A stretch of DNA of 64,000 nucleotides from Takakia lepidozioides (taxonomy: Eukaryota; Plantae; Bryophyta): contig CM060733.1 of assembly GCA_030704615.1 (NCBI GenBank), positions 69,440,001 through 69,504,000 on the forward strand, given 5' to 3'. Below are positions 37,201 to 49,200 of this stretch, piece after piece. A program made the position numbers and the translations under genes. The stretch's first letter is position 1. Each line of letters starts with the position of its first letter. The notes under the pieces were generated by a model. The model made no database searches. It saw nothing but the letters and a program-made list of their open reading frames with translations, and had not been told where the DNA came from.

Positions 37201-40200
37201 ATTCAGGTTGCTTTTTTCTAAGAGAAAGACATCATCAGCCTTAGAAAAGGCTCTATCAACACAACCCAATAAAAACCAGCAATGCATAGATCAAGGTCAA
37301 GTAGTTTTTTTGTTGTGAAAACCACTTGAGGGTACGAACAAGGAACAAGACCAGATCTGTAAAAGCAGATCAGGTCTGTCCAATTCGGCGAACTGTAGAG
37401 GACCAATACATCCGAGAATAGTAGCGACTTTTGAAAAGAAAAGGACCAAGTGGATGGGAGGGTGGCAAAGGTCACATCACACACCACTTTAAAAGGTCTT
37501 AGGAAGAACAAACCAGATTACATGAGTGCCATGCTCAGGTCAGTAGATACCATGAAATGAAAAGGGCACTCTTGAAGAGTAGAAGCATGCTAAAGTTGTT
37601 TGAAAAGAAGAATTACAGAACTGTTCAGAGGAAGCATGATAGAATTTCATGCAGTTCATCATAAACACTAGGAAAGCTCAAACTAGATTACCGAGTGCCA
37701 TGCTCAGGTCATTAGATACCATGAAATCAAAAGGGCACCCTTGAAGAGTAGAAGCATGCTAAAGCTGTTTGAACAGAAGAATTACAGGACTGTTTAGAGG
37801 AAGCATGATAGATTTTCATGTAGTTCATCATAAACACTAGGAAAGCTAGGTAAGAAAACACAGCCTATGAGAGGTGTGTTGGGCTAACCACAAACTCTAA
37901 AAACTTTAAGAAGCAGAAAACGAAGTCTGGCATAGCAAACAAAACAAGGAGGGAGAGATTTAGCCTCCATGTGGTCTCTTCCGCGATCCTGTGGAGGAGT
38001 CAAGCTTAAAAGTAAGGGCTAGAACCTCACCTGGTCCCGTCACAGGCAACCACAAAAACCAACAGGTTAGTGACTGTTGTGGAGTACCAGGCTTTTTTAA
38101 GCCCAGCCCACTTGTTATAGATTTCCACTCTTAAGAAAGCTTACCTACAGTTTTAGGAGAGAAGAAGAAGCCATACAGTGAAGTAGCATTCAGATATAGA
38201 AAGCTGAACTACTACTACGCCAAAAACCAACAGCTACACCCTTTCAACTTGAGAAGAAACTTGGCAAGACCCCTCATTAGAGACAAAGCTAGGAGGGTGA
38301 GAAGAGAACCTTGAAGTGTGCCTTGCTTGCCAAAAGAACTTCTCCCTTGTTGCTCAGCCACTTCTGGAGCTTGAAGATGGCTAAGACTGAAGAACACAAC
38401 CCATATATACTGAAGGATAGGAGCACTTTCCCCTTCCTTCAAGCCTATAGGTGTGTGCTACGAGAGCCAAGTGGCAAAGCATCTATAATTGCAAGAGTAA
38501 TAGTACTACAACTACGATGAGAGATTAGCATCTTCTAAAGAAGAGCCACCAATCTAGGGGATAGCCATAAAGACCATACAGGAGTCATGGCTAATCCTTG
38601 GACAGCCAAACCCTGGACAGCCACTTGTTAGGTACTCGAGGATTGTACTTACATTTGGCACTTAGGGTTTAGAAGGATCATTATGATTGACAACCAAAAT
38701 GAGAAGGTTCAAAACAGGTTGTCTACCTGCATTAAAAGGTTTAAAACAAGTAACCAATTTCCCTATTCCAAGAAAAACTCATCAAAGAAGACAACTTAGT
38801 GCAATGTCTTACTTAGCAACACTCCATCGATCAATTTTGAGGATCATCAAGAAAGATGAACTCAAAGATTAAACCACATCCAGCAAAAAAGGGAGAATGT
38901 ACTCATAAGCATTATTTGCCGTAGCCTTGTGGCCATCAACCTCGTGCTCAGTTTGAGCGGAACACAAAGGGACAGAAACTACCTTTCTCAGGGCTGACAA
39001 CGGTAGTATGACTTACCTAGGAACAGACAATTGATCCGAGTTTTCCAAATATCCTCTAGAAATCGATTTACACAATCATCAATCTGCTCTGTCTGATTTG
39101 CCCAAAAAGGGCCTGGGCTTTTGGCTCAGCCTCGAGATTTTCAAAGTTGGTAAACAGAGGTATAGGCACACTACAGCCTCTAAGTCAGATTTATCCAGCA
39201 GGGTCAAGGCTTGCGGACTTAGATTCAGATCCTTGAGAATCTCTTCTACTCTCTTCCGCCAGGACTTAGCCTATTTGACGGGGCGATCCTGCTTCCAAGA
39301 TATAGAGTCGATTAACTTAGGATATCTGATATTAGTCATATGAGGGAAATGAAATGGTGCTTTATAACGTCCACGGAAAGCTCATAGAGCTTATGGGACA
39401 AAATAGAAGAAAACATGAGAGAGGAAACAAAATCAGAGCCAAAAAAATAAAAACTATTGCTCGAGTGATTGTCTAAGGGTGAACGCCTCGTGCAGATTGG
39501 GCAAATCAGAGACATCAGATTGATGCTTATGTGAAGGGATTTCTAGAGGATATCTGGAAAACTCGGATCAATTGTCTGTTCCAAGGTAAGTCATACTCCG
39601 GCGTCAGCCCCGGATAGGGTGTTGATAGTTGGTGAGCAGGTGAGCAGACCGAAATTTTGATGAGCATAAAATCAAAATGAATATTATGTGAGCACAATTT
39701 AGGATTTTCAGATACAATAACTTATATGCTCAAATTAATTTATACATATGAGCATTTATTTTTGTATTTTGTTTGGGTTGGAGTTTGGATCGGGATTAGG
39801 TTCGGCATCATGTAGTTCTTCAGCGAACCACATATTATACTATCAATGTGTGGTTCGCCGCCCCAAGCCCGTGCCTATTTCCGAACCTAACCAGACGCCA
39901 TATTATTGATGCCGAACCTATAAATCTCGCCGAACCTATAGGTTTGATTAGATTCTCATGTCCGAACCTAAAAACATTTGGCCGCTCACACGCTCACTTG
40001 CTCACCACCGCTCATCCCCCCGACAATGGTAGTTCCTGTTGCTTTGTGTTCCGCTCAAGTTGGGCGCGGGGTCAACGGCCACAAGGCTATGGCAAACAAT
40101 GTCTTATAAGTACATTCTCTCTCTCCACTCCCTTTCTCCCTCCTGGTATAATTCTTTCTTTGTGTCAGCTCTCTCTCTTTCTTCGCCGTGCGCGTCAGCG

Positions 40201-43200
40201 TGTCGGCGCTGCGTGGCCATTGCTATGGCAAACAACGTCTTATGAGTACATTCTCTCTCTCTCTACGCTCCCTTTATCCCTCCTGGTATAATTCTTTCTC
40301 TCTTGTGGGAGCTCTCTCTCTCTCTTCGCCGCGCCAATGCCACCTCCACCATGTCCTCGTCCAAACGTCAAAAGACTGTCGACGAGGATGTAGACTCGCC
40401 TTCACTCTCGCCTCACCCCGGTTCTCCTCTACTTCTCCTTCCTGGCCCGACCTCTAAACATGCTTCTCCCTTGCACTAGTACTCCACGAGGAGTGCTGAT
40501 ATCCAAATCCTACGGGACCAAGTTGCCACCCAGCAAACTCGCTGCATCTCCGAGGTCACCGTCTTCGAGCTTCTCTTCTGGAGAGCAATATCAAAGTGGA
40601 AGGTCTGTTGAAACAGCTCAATGCGAAAGCAACCAACGCATGTCTCTCTAAACTACAAGGGGGGGTCTCCCTATGAGGACCCTCATAGGGAGGGACATTT
40701 CAAGTACCCCCACGGCAAGTGGAAACTCTTAGTAAAGAGCTGGAAACCCACAGGGCTGCGACGTCTTCAATGGCCCGGGAGCTCCAAGCTCATAAGGCAA
40801 AGGTCATAAGGGAAGCACAGTACCCTCCAACAACAGTTCCCACTCTTTAGAAGAGACAGACTCGGCTACCTTACGGGAGGAACAGCAACGGGCTTTCAAC
40901 GCACTGAACATCCGGGTCATTGGGAAGCTAGGGACCCTTGCAGAGGGTGACCCCCTTGAAGCGGCAACCACCCTCATCCAACAAAACTTGGCTCTACCAC
41001 GGGGAGCGAGTGGCATTGAACGGGCTTGGCGTGCAGGAACTCCGGAGCACAAAAATCTTGTTCATCAGATTTAAGGACAGGGGTGCCCGGGAGAGGGTTC
41101 TCCGCCAGAGACCTCAATTGAGAGGTCACGACATATACTTAAACGACGATTTGACCCCCATGCAATACAATGCCATGCGGGCTCAACTCGCGCAGGTCAA
41201 ATAGGCTCGGGCTTAGGGGCACTGTGCAGTATACCGAGATGGCAGGGTCATCATCAGACAACAAGAGCGTCGCCCCTCCAGCTCTAAGTTGGGGCCCCAT
41301 GAGACCACCACACGCTCACATCTGAACGTCGCCTCATGGAACTGCAATGGCTAATTGTGGAACCATCCGCAAGGGCTTTTGGATATCCTTTCAAAGTGTG
41401 ATATTCTTTTTCTCTTGGACACACATGCTATGAAGGAAAGGACCCCCCCTCTACTCTCGGAAATAGCTTCCAGTCAGTGACTCGTCCACGCACAGGTCTC
41501 AAAGGCTCTGGTGGTGTGGCTTGTTACTTTGCTGACTGGCTTCTCCCATATGTTTCTTTCCACACAAAGATCCATTGGCAAGGTACATTTGGTGTCACAT
41601 CAAAGGCTACAACCCTCAACCTAACATTTTACTGGCGTGATGTTATTTTGCCCCGGTTGCATATCCACACGACGGCCTCCACATGCGCACAGATTCGCCG
41701 TATGTTCCATTGGAAGAGGATTTGTCCCGTCTCCGTACCCCACACACAGACATCTTTTTGGTTGGAGATTTCAACGCCCGTACAGGATAACTACAGGCCT
41801 CAACTTTCCACCCCATGGACCCTCTACACATCCAACACTCACATATGGCCTTGGAGAGGCAAAGTGCGGATGTCTCTAGCGAAATTACAAGCTATCGTCA
41901 CCATCTACTCAAGTTCTATGAGATTCAGGGGCTTGTCATTTACAATGGCATGACCAATTTCAAATCCTCCAGTCAGTTCACCTGCCACACGTACAAGGGA
42001 CAAAGTGTGGTCGACTATCTCTTGGGGAGCCCCAACACAACTGATAGGGTTAGTTCTTTTTACATCATGAGGTACCCGGATTCTGATCACTCTTCCTTTC
42101 CTTTGCATTTCCTTCCATCTCTTCCCCCATGAGGAGCTCCTCCGCTTCTCTCCTTTTACACCCACGTATTCATTTTCATACCCCCTTCTCTCACTTACAC
42201 GACGCCGAATATGAAACATGCCTCACATCAATCCTCCCCTCCATCTTAGAGCTACCATCTACTAATGACAAGGCTACCCATCTCACTCATGCTCTTTGGA
42301 CTTAGCCCTGCGATCCTTCCCAGTCACCCTCCCATCTACCTCATCACCCTTCTCCACTCGTCGCTATGCACCATTCTATGACGAAGAATGTAAAGTTGCT
42401 AGACGTCACATCAAATCTCTACTCCTTGATATCCATTCCTCTCTAGATTCCAAAAACCTAGCTCTCAAGCACTATAAGTCCCTCATTCGATCCAAAAAGA
42501 GAGCTTACACTCTCAAGCTGCAGTCTACTTTCCTTGCAAAAGTCAGATTTTCTCCTCGTTCTTTTTGGTCCCTCCTTAAACCTCACAGAGACCCACCCCC
42601 AATCACTGACAGTCATGTCTGTCATACCATTCCCCAAGCCAAGCTCCCTCTCCGATAACCTCTAAACCCCTACACTTCTCTCTCTTTACTACAGCCAATG
42701 TCAGCAAGGCAATCAAGAAGCTGCAAAATGGCAAGGCATTGGATATATCAGGGCTACAGAGTGAATTCATCAAGCACGCGGCACCCACTTTGGCCCCATT
42801 TATAGCTCACCTCTTCAATGAAGCACTGCAACATGGCTTTCCAACTGAGTGGACAAAGAGCATCATCCACCCCCTCTTCAAGAATGGACAGGCTCGCACC
42901 GACCAACTATCGCACAATTATGGTGTCGTCGTTATTGGCTAAACTGTTTGGGGCAGTAGTGGCCATGGAACTGGATGATTGGGCTGAAACCTCTCACATA
43001 CGTGCTACGGGACAAGCTGGTTTCCATCGCAACAGATCCACTCTTGACCACATTTTCACTCTTCAGGTTATGGTAGAACGTGCAAGCTATGACAAAAGTT
43101 TGGTATATGTTTGCTTCGTTGACTTTCACAAGGCTTTTGATTCGGTTCCTCGGGACCTTCTTTTCCAACTTTTCCAACGGCTCCATAGGGTGGAAGTCCC

Positions 43201-46200
43201 TCAACACATCCTATATGCCGTCTCTTCCATGTACGAGATTGTCATTGGCATGGTCAACGTCGCGGGGGAAGCAAAGGTCCATAGCAACATTGGGGTCAAA
43301 CAGGGCTGCCCCCTCTCACCTACCCTGTTAGAGATCTACATTGACGCCTTGGAGGTTTACATCTAAAAAAACCATGGAGTTGGGGTGCCGTTGGATGGGG
43401 GACCAACACAAACAGATCTCCTCTACGCTAATGATGTTGCCCTTTTGACGCAATCTCATGTCTTCCCTCCAAAGACTATGGGCTGCAAGTCGATCTTCGC
43501 AATGTTAGAAGTCAGCTCAGATTTAGTTAGCTAGGGTTCTGTTAGGGTTTTTGACGGCTAGGGATAGTTCTACCAGAAGGTTCCAGCCCATGTTTCCACT
43601 AGAAGTTTCTAGAGAACCCATGTAGGATTTAAGGGAAAGGCTGAGGCAATGCCCAGCACTTCTTCTAGCATTTGGATGTGCTATCCTAGTAGATTACAGA
43701 GAGAGGAGGAGGAGAAGTCCAGCATCTACTTTTGTAAGTTTTTTTTCTTTTGCAGTAAGGAGAATTCTTGTTAGGACTGACACTTCTTGTTAGTACTAAC
43801 TCTTTGGTTGGTTTAGGCTGTCAGTTTTTGTACTGCTGCTTGTGCTAGAAGCTATCTGTCAATATCTCTAGGAGGTAGAGGACAGGTCTAGTTTCCAACA
43901 AGTTATGGGCCCACGAAACGTTACAACTACTTGGATAGTTGAGCCACTTGATGGCAACAACTATAAGAGTTGGATCTACATGATGAAGCTCCTGCTCTCT
44001 TCCAAGGGCCTATGGTCAATGGTGACTAAAAAGCCTTCAGAGGATAACTTGAAGGAGGCCACATGGATCCAAGAGAATGAGCTTGCAATGGCAGCTCTTG
44101 TCACAAACATGAGATCAAATCTGGTAGTGTTGGTAAGGAATCTTACAACTGCTCATGAGGTCTGGCAAAGCTTAAGTGAGGTGTATGAGACAGATGCGAT
44201 GGGGAAAGCATATGTCCTATGGAAACAGCTCATGGACTTGAGAATGAGAGAAGGTGAGAGTGTTCTTGCCACAAGCCACATTGATGAGAACCCATGACTA
44301 AATCACTTCAGATCATGACCTTGTTTGGCACCTTGCCAAAGAGTTATGACATGGTGGAAACCGCGCATCATGGTAGCGTAGACTGAGTTGGAAGTATGTC
44401 ACTTCATATCTTATCATGGAAGAATTCAAGCTGACTAGGGGTAGCTCAAGTATGGACAATGCCCTAACGGCTACTTCCATCAAGAAAGATGGAGCATGTT
44501 TCCGATGCGGCAAATTTGGGCATTTCCTGAAGGACTGCAAGGTGAAGATTGACAAGCCCAAGAAGGACAAGTGGAGACCAAGGAAAGGAAAGTCTGTACA
44601 TGCACATGTCGCTGACATGGGCAACGACAGTGAAGTTCACCTGTTTATGGCAGATGCAGCTTACAGTCGTGATGAAGACTACCTGCTGACTACTGAAGGA
44701 GAACGCTTTGGAGATGAGTGGTATTTGGACTCTGGAGCTACTAACCACATGTGTGGGAGGAAGGGGTTGTTTCACAACTTGAAACCCATTCAGCCTAGGA
44801 GCGTAAAGATGGGCAACAAGACGTTTTCTGTAAGTACGATGATGGGAGAAATCCCTGTCAACTTTATCAGAAAAGAGAGTAAGGTTACCCATTGTACCCT
44901 TCAGAAGGTCTTGTACGTGCCAGACTTGGCAAAGAATCTGATCTCTGTTAGTACCTTGGATGAACTTGGCTATGATGTCATTTTCAGAAACAATGCTTGC
45001 AGCATTCAGAAAAGCAACGAGGAACTCTGCTATGGAGTGAAGGAGCAGAGACTCTGCAAGCTTCTGAGTACGTCTGGAACTCAGGAGGAGGCTAATGTTG
45101 GGGCCACAATGGACACTGCACCATTGTGGCATAGAAGGTTGGGTCACTTGGGGACACAAGCGATCAAGGATCTTCAAAAGTTGGCGCTGGGGCTGAATGT
45201 GGACTGGTCACATGAGCTACAGTTCTGTGAAGGATGTGCTAAAGGGAAACAGCACAAGTCATCAATGCCCAAGGAATCTGCCACAAGAGCCAAGGAGAGG
45301 CTGGAGTTGATACACACAGATGTGTGTGGCCCCATGAAGACAACATTGCTGGGAGGATCTAGGTACTTTGTCACCTTCACTGATGACATGAGTAGAAAGA
45401 CTTTCTTATATCCCTTGAGAGAGAAAGGTCAAGTGCTGCAGGTTTTTAAGCAATTTGTGCATGAAGTAGAAAACCAGCTGGACCTCAAAGTCAAGGTTCT
45501 AAGGAGCGATGGTGGGGGGGAATTCCTAAATCAGGAATTCAAAAGCTATCTTGCTGAGAGAGGCATAAAGAGCCAAGTAACAGCGAGGGACAGTCCAGTC
45601 CAGAATGGAGTGGCAGAGAGATTAAACAGAACACTGGTTGAGAAGGCTAGATGTATGCGAGCTTTGAAAGACATGACTCCAGAGGAGGCATGGAGTGGGA
45701 AGAAGCCAAACCTGAAGCATCTAAGAGTTTTTGGTTGTGCTGCTTATGCATTGATACCTGACGAGCAAAGGAGCAAGTTGGATGCCAAGTCAGAAAGATG
45801 CATCTTCATTGGGTATGATCTAGGATGCAAGGGGTACAAGGTCTACAATCCTAGAACCAAGAGGTCAATCAGGAGTAGAGATGTCCTGTTTGATGAAGAT
45901 AGTTTTGGGAAAGATTGTACTCATAAGACGTTGTTTGCCGTAGCCTTGTGGCCATTGACCCCGCGCCCAGTTTGAGCGGGAACAAAAGGAGACAAAGTTT
46001 TGGGAAAGAGACAAAGCCCAAGGACCTGTTCGTTCCTGTGACAATCCCTGATGTGGGAGAAGAAAGGGAACAACCAGTACTAAAGGTCTACACTCGAAGG
46101 GAGAAGGTGGCGAAGAAACCAGAAGAGGATGAAGATTCTGAAGATCGGGATCCTATTGACAAGGATGGGGGGCCTAGAAGGTCAGGAAGGATCAACAAAC

Positions 46201-49200
46201 CCCCAGAAAGGTTTGGAGCTAATGTGGCAGAAGGACTGACTGGTCTGACTATGGATGACATAGGGCAGATGGAAAGTTGTTTCCATGCCCTTGATGATGG
46301 AGAGGAGCCAGCCACCCTCAATAACGCTTTGGCAAGGGATGATGCCAATGAGTGGGAGGGAGCTGTGCTAGAGGAGATGAAATCTCTGAAAAAAAACCAG
46401 ACTTGGGAGCTGGTAACACTGCCTGGTGGTAGAAAGGCGGTAGATTGCAAAGTGGGTTTTCAAAGTGAAAAGAGGACCCAACAATGAGGTAGTGAAGTAC
46501 AAGGCCAGACTTGTGGCCAGAGGCTTCAGACAGACTGCAGGGCTTGACTACAATGAAACTTTTGCCCCGGTGGCAAAGTTCCTCCATCCGATGTTCATTG
46601 GCATTGGCAGCGAAGCATGACTGGGAGATAGAACACATGGACGTGAAGACTGCATTCTTGAATGGGGATCTCCAGCAGGAGATCTACATGTAACATCGTT
46701 ATATGGACTCAAACAGGCATCGAGGACATGGTATGAGAAGATCAATAGCTACTTGACAGGCCAAGGTTTTGTAAGGAGTGCAGCTGATCAGAGCATTTAC
46801 TACATGACATCAGGTGTCATGATAATAGCACTCTATGTGGATGACCTGCTACTGATCAGCGACAACAAGGACACCATGCGCAGGCAGAAGCATGATTTGA
46901 GTGCAACCTTTGAGATGGTTGATCTTGGAGCCGTGAACTACCTACTTGGAAGTCAGATTCTGAGGGACAGGAAGGCGAGAACTATAAAGTTGAGCAAGAG
47001 AGGTATGTCAGGAATGTTGTTGCGAAGTTTGGTATGCAGGACTGCAAACCAGCACCAACACCATTGGAAACCGGCTGCAAGCTGAGTAAGGAAATGGAGC
47101 CAAAATCTCCAAGTGTGAGGAGGAAATGGCTAGGTTCCATATCAGCAAGCCATGGGATCTCTGATGTATGCAATGATTGGCACCAGGCCAGACATTGCCT
47201 ATGCAGTGCTCAGTAAGTTCATGCACAACCCAGGACCTCAGCATTGGAAAGCACTCGAGGGTGATTAGATATTTGAAAGGGACTACGGATACATGTCTAA
47301 CGTACAACAAGCAGGACACTGGAGCATCACTAGAAGGATACAGTGATGCAGATTGGGCAGGAGACACAGATGAGAGAGAGGAGATCCATATCTGCCTATT
47401 GCTTTGTAATGAGTGGAGGTGCTGTGAGCTGGAGCAGCAAAAGACAGCAGACCACTGCTCTATCCTCGACTAAGTCAGAGTATATGGCTCTGACTCATGC
47501 AGCTAAAGAAGCCATTTGGATTCGAAGGCTTCTTGGTGAACTTGGCTTCAGTCAAGAACAGCCAATGAAAGTGCATGCTGATAACAGGAGCAGCATTGAG
47601 CTGAGCAAGGATCCTGTTCATCATGCCCGGACCAAGCACATAGATATCAAACATCATTTCATTAGAGAAATGATTGGTTGGAGATTGAGTTGGTTTCTGT
47701 AGGACTGAGGACATGGCAGCTGATGCACTCACAAAGGCTCTATCCAAAGAAAAGCATTCTAGATGCATAGAACTGATTGGGTTAAGCCTCAATCCTCGCT
47801 GAAAGGGAGTGTTAGAAGTAGCTCAGATTTAGTTAGCTAGGGTTCTGTTAGGGTTTTTGACGGCTAGGGATAGTTCTACCAGAAGGTTCCAGCCCATGTT
47901 TCCACTAGAAGTTTCTAGAGAACCCATGTAGGATTTAAGGGAAAGGCTGAGGCAATGCCCAGCACTTCTTCTAGCATTTTGGATGTGCTATCCTAGTAGA
48001 TTACAGAGAGAGGAGGAGGAGAAGTCCAGCATCTACTTTTGTAAGTTTTTTTTCTTTTGCAGTAAGGAGAATTCTTTTTAGGACTGACACTTCTTGTTAG
48101 TACTCACTCTTTGGTTGGTTTAGGCTGTCAGTTTTTGTACTGCTGCTTGTGCTAGAAGCTATCTGTCAATATCTCTAGGAGGTAGAGGACAGGTCTAGTT
48201 TCCAACACGCAAGACCAAGATCATGGTTTTCAATGGCCAGTCCGACCGCGGATTCATCTTCAACAATCAGGAAATTGAGATAGTGAAAGCATACCGGTAT
48301 CTGGGTCTGGTTATCCACTCCCCCAAATTCCAGTTCAGCAACTGCCCTGGACAGATTGACAAAGGGTAAGGCGGCCTCCATCCGCCTTCAGGCCAAATTT
48401 AGGCTCAAAACTGTGGGTTTCAAGCACTCCTGGTATGCTCGAGTGGACAGTTTTTTGAGCGCAATGGACTCTCTATTGCTTCACTATTACCAGTGAATCC
48501 AAAAGGGGTGGACATCACATCCAAGCAAGACCGCAACAGACTCATTAGAAGGGAGCTTATGGAACTACATGTCAGGTGAACTTGGAAGCTACTCAATCTC
48601 ACAACAAAGCTCCATTTCTATCGAAAGACATTCTTGGTTCTCCGAGATGATAGAATCTTGCGGCTCAATTACCTTTCGGCATCTTTATCTCCCTCTCTAC
48701 TGAGGGCATTGGGGCGGTTCAGGGTGGGCTCCCACAGCCTACGGATAGAGACTGGCAGATGGGAAAACCTGCAATGGGAGGACCGCCTATGTCCAACTTG
48801 CACAGGGCGCAACCGGGAAATTGAAACTGAAGAACACTTCTTCTTCTATTGCCCTCTATACTATGAGATCCGTGAGAGATTCCACTGTCTATTCCGCGGA
48901 ACCCAATCTCTCACTGAAGTCTTCCACTATGAGGATCAGAAATGCTTGGCAACTAGGTCCCAAAAGGGCCTGGGCTTTTGGCTCAGCCTCGAGATTTTCA
49001 GAGTTGGTAAACAGAGGTACAGGCACAAATCCCTTGATGGATTTGAAGAGGGCAACTGTGGGGTGAGTGTACCCAAGACGATGAATTAGAAAATGAATAT
49101 TGTCTTCAGGTTGCCCACACAACGGGCATTTGCAATACCCTTTTCCTCTCTGCATCTATTTGCTGTTCAAAGGTAGGATTCCCGCCTTGAGTTTACGTTT

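Larger units (their letters stand above)
43503..48207 (+). mobile_element. Full-length Ty1/copia LTR retrotransposon with 5-bp TSD CGCAA
   Basis: LTRs 43503-43900 and 47810-48207 (TG...CA); TSD at 43498-43502 and 48208-48212; PPT GAAAGGGAG at 47801-47809; order gag, PR, IN, RT, RH. Confidence 0.97.
40337..48950 (+). mobile_element. Near full-length LINE (ORF1 plus APE-RT-Zn ORF2), decayed and split by the copia element
   Basis: ORF1-like FIRFKDR...IYLNDDLTP; ORF2 [60 protein letters not shown]. Removing the copia and one TSD restores [15 protein letters not shown]; C-terminal RLCPTC...[10 protein letters not shown]. Confidence 0.9.

Noticed and set aside
45915-45995. Hammerhead ribozyme, or tRNA/5S-derived head, in the short repeated module
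   Set aside because: CTTATGAG only resembles CTGATGA; no complete core with correctly placed GAAA and stems, and no A/B boxes, were found.
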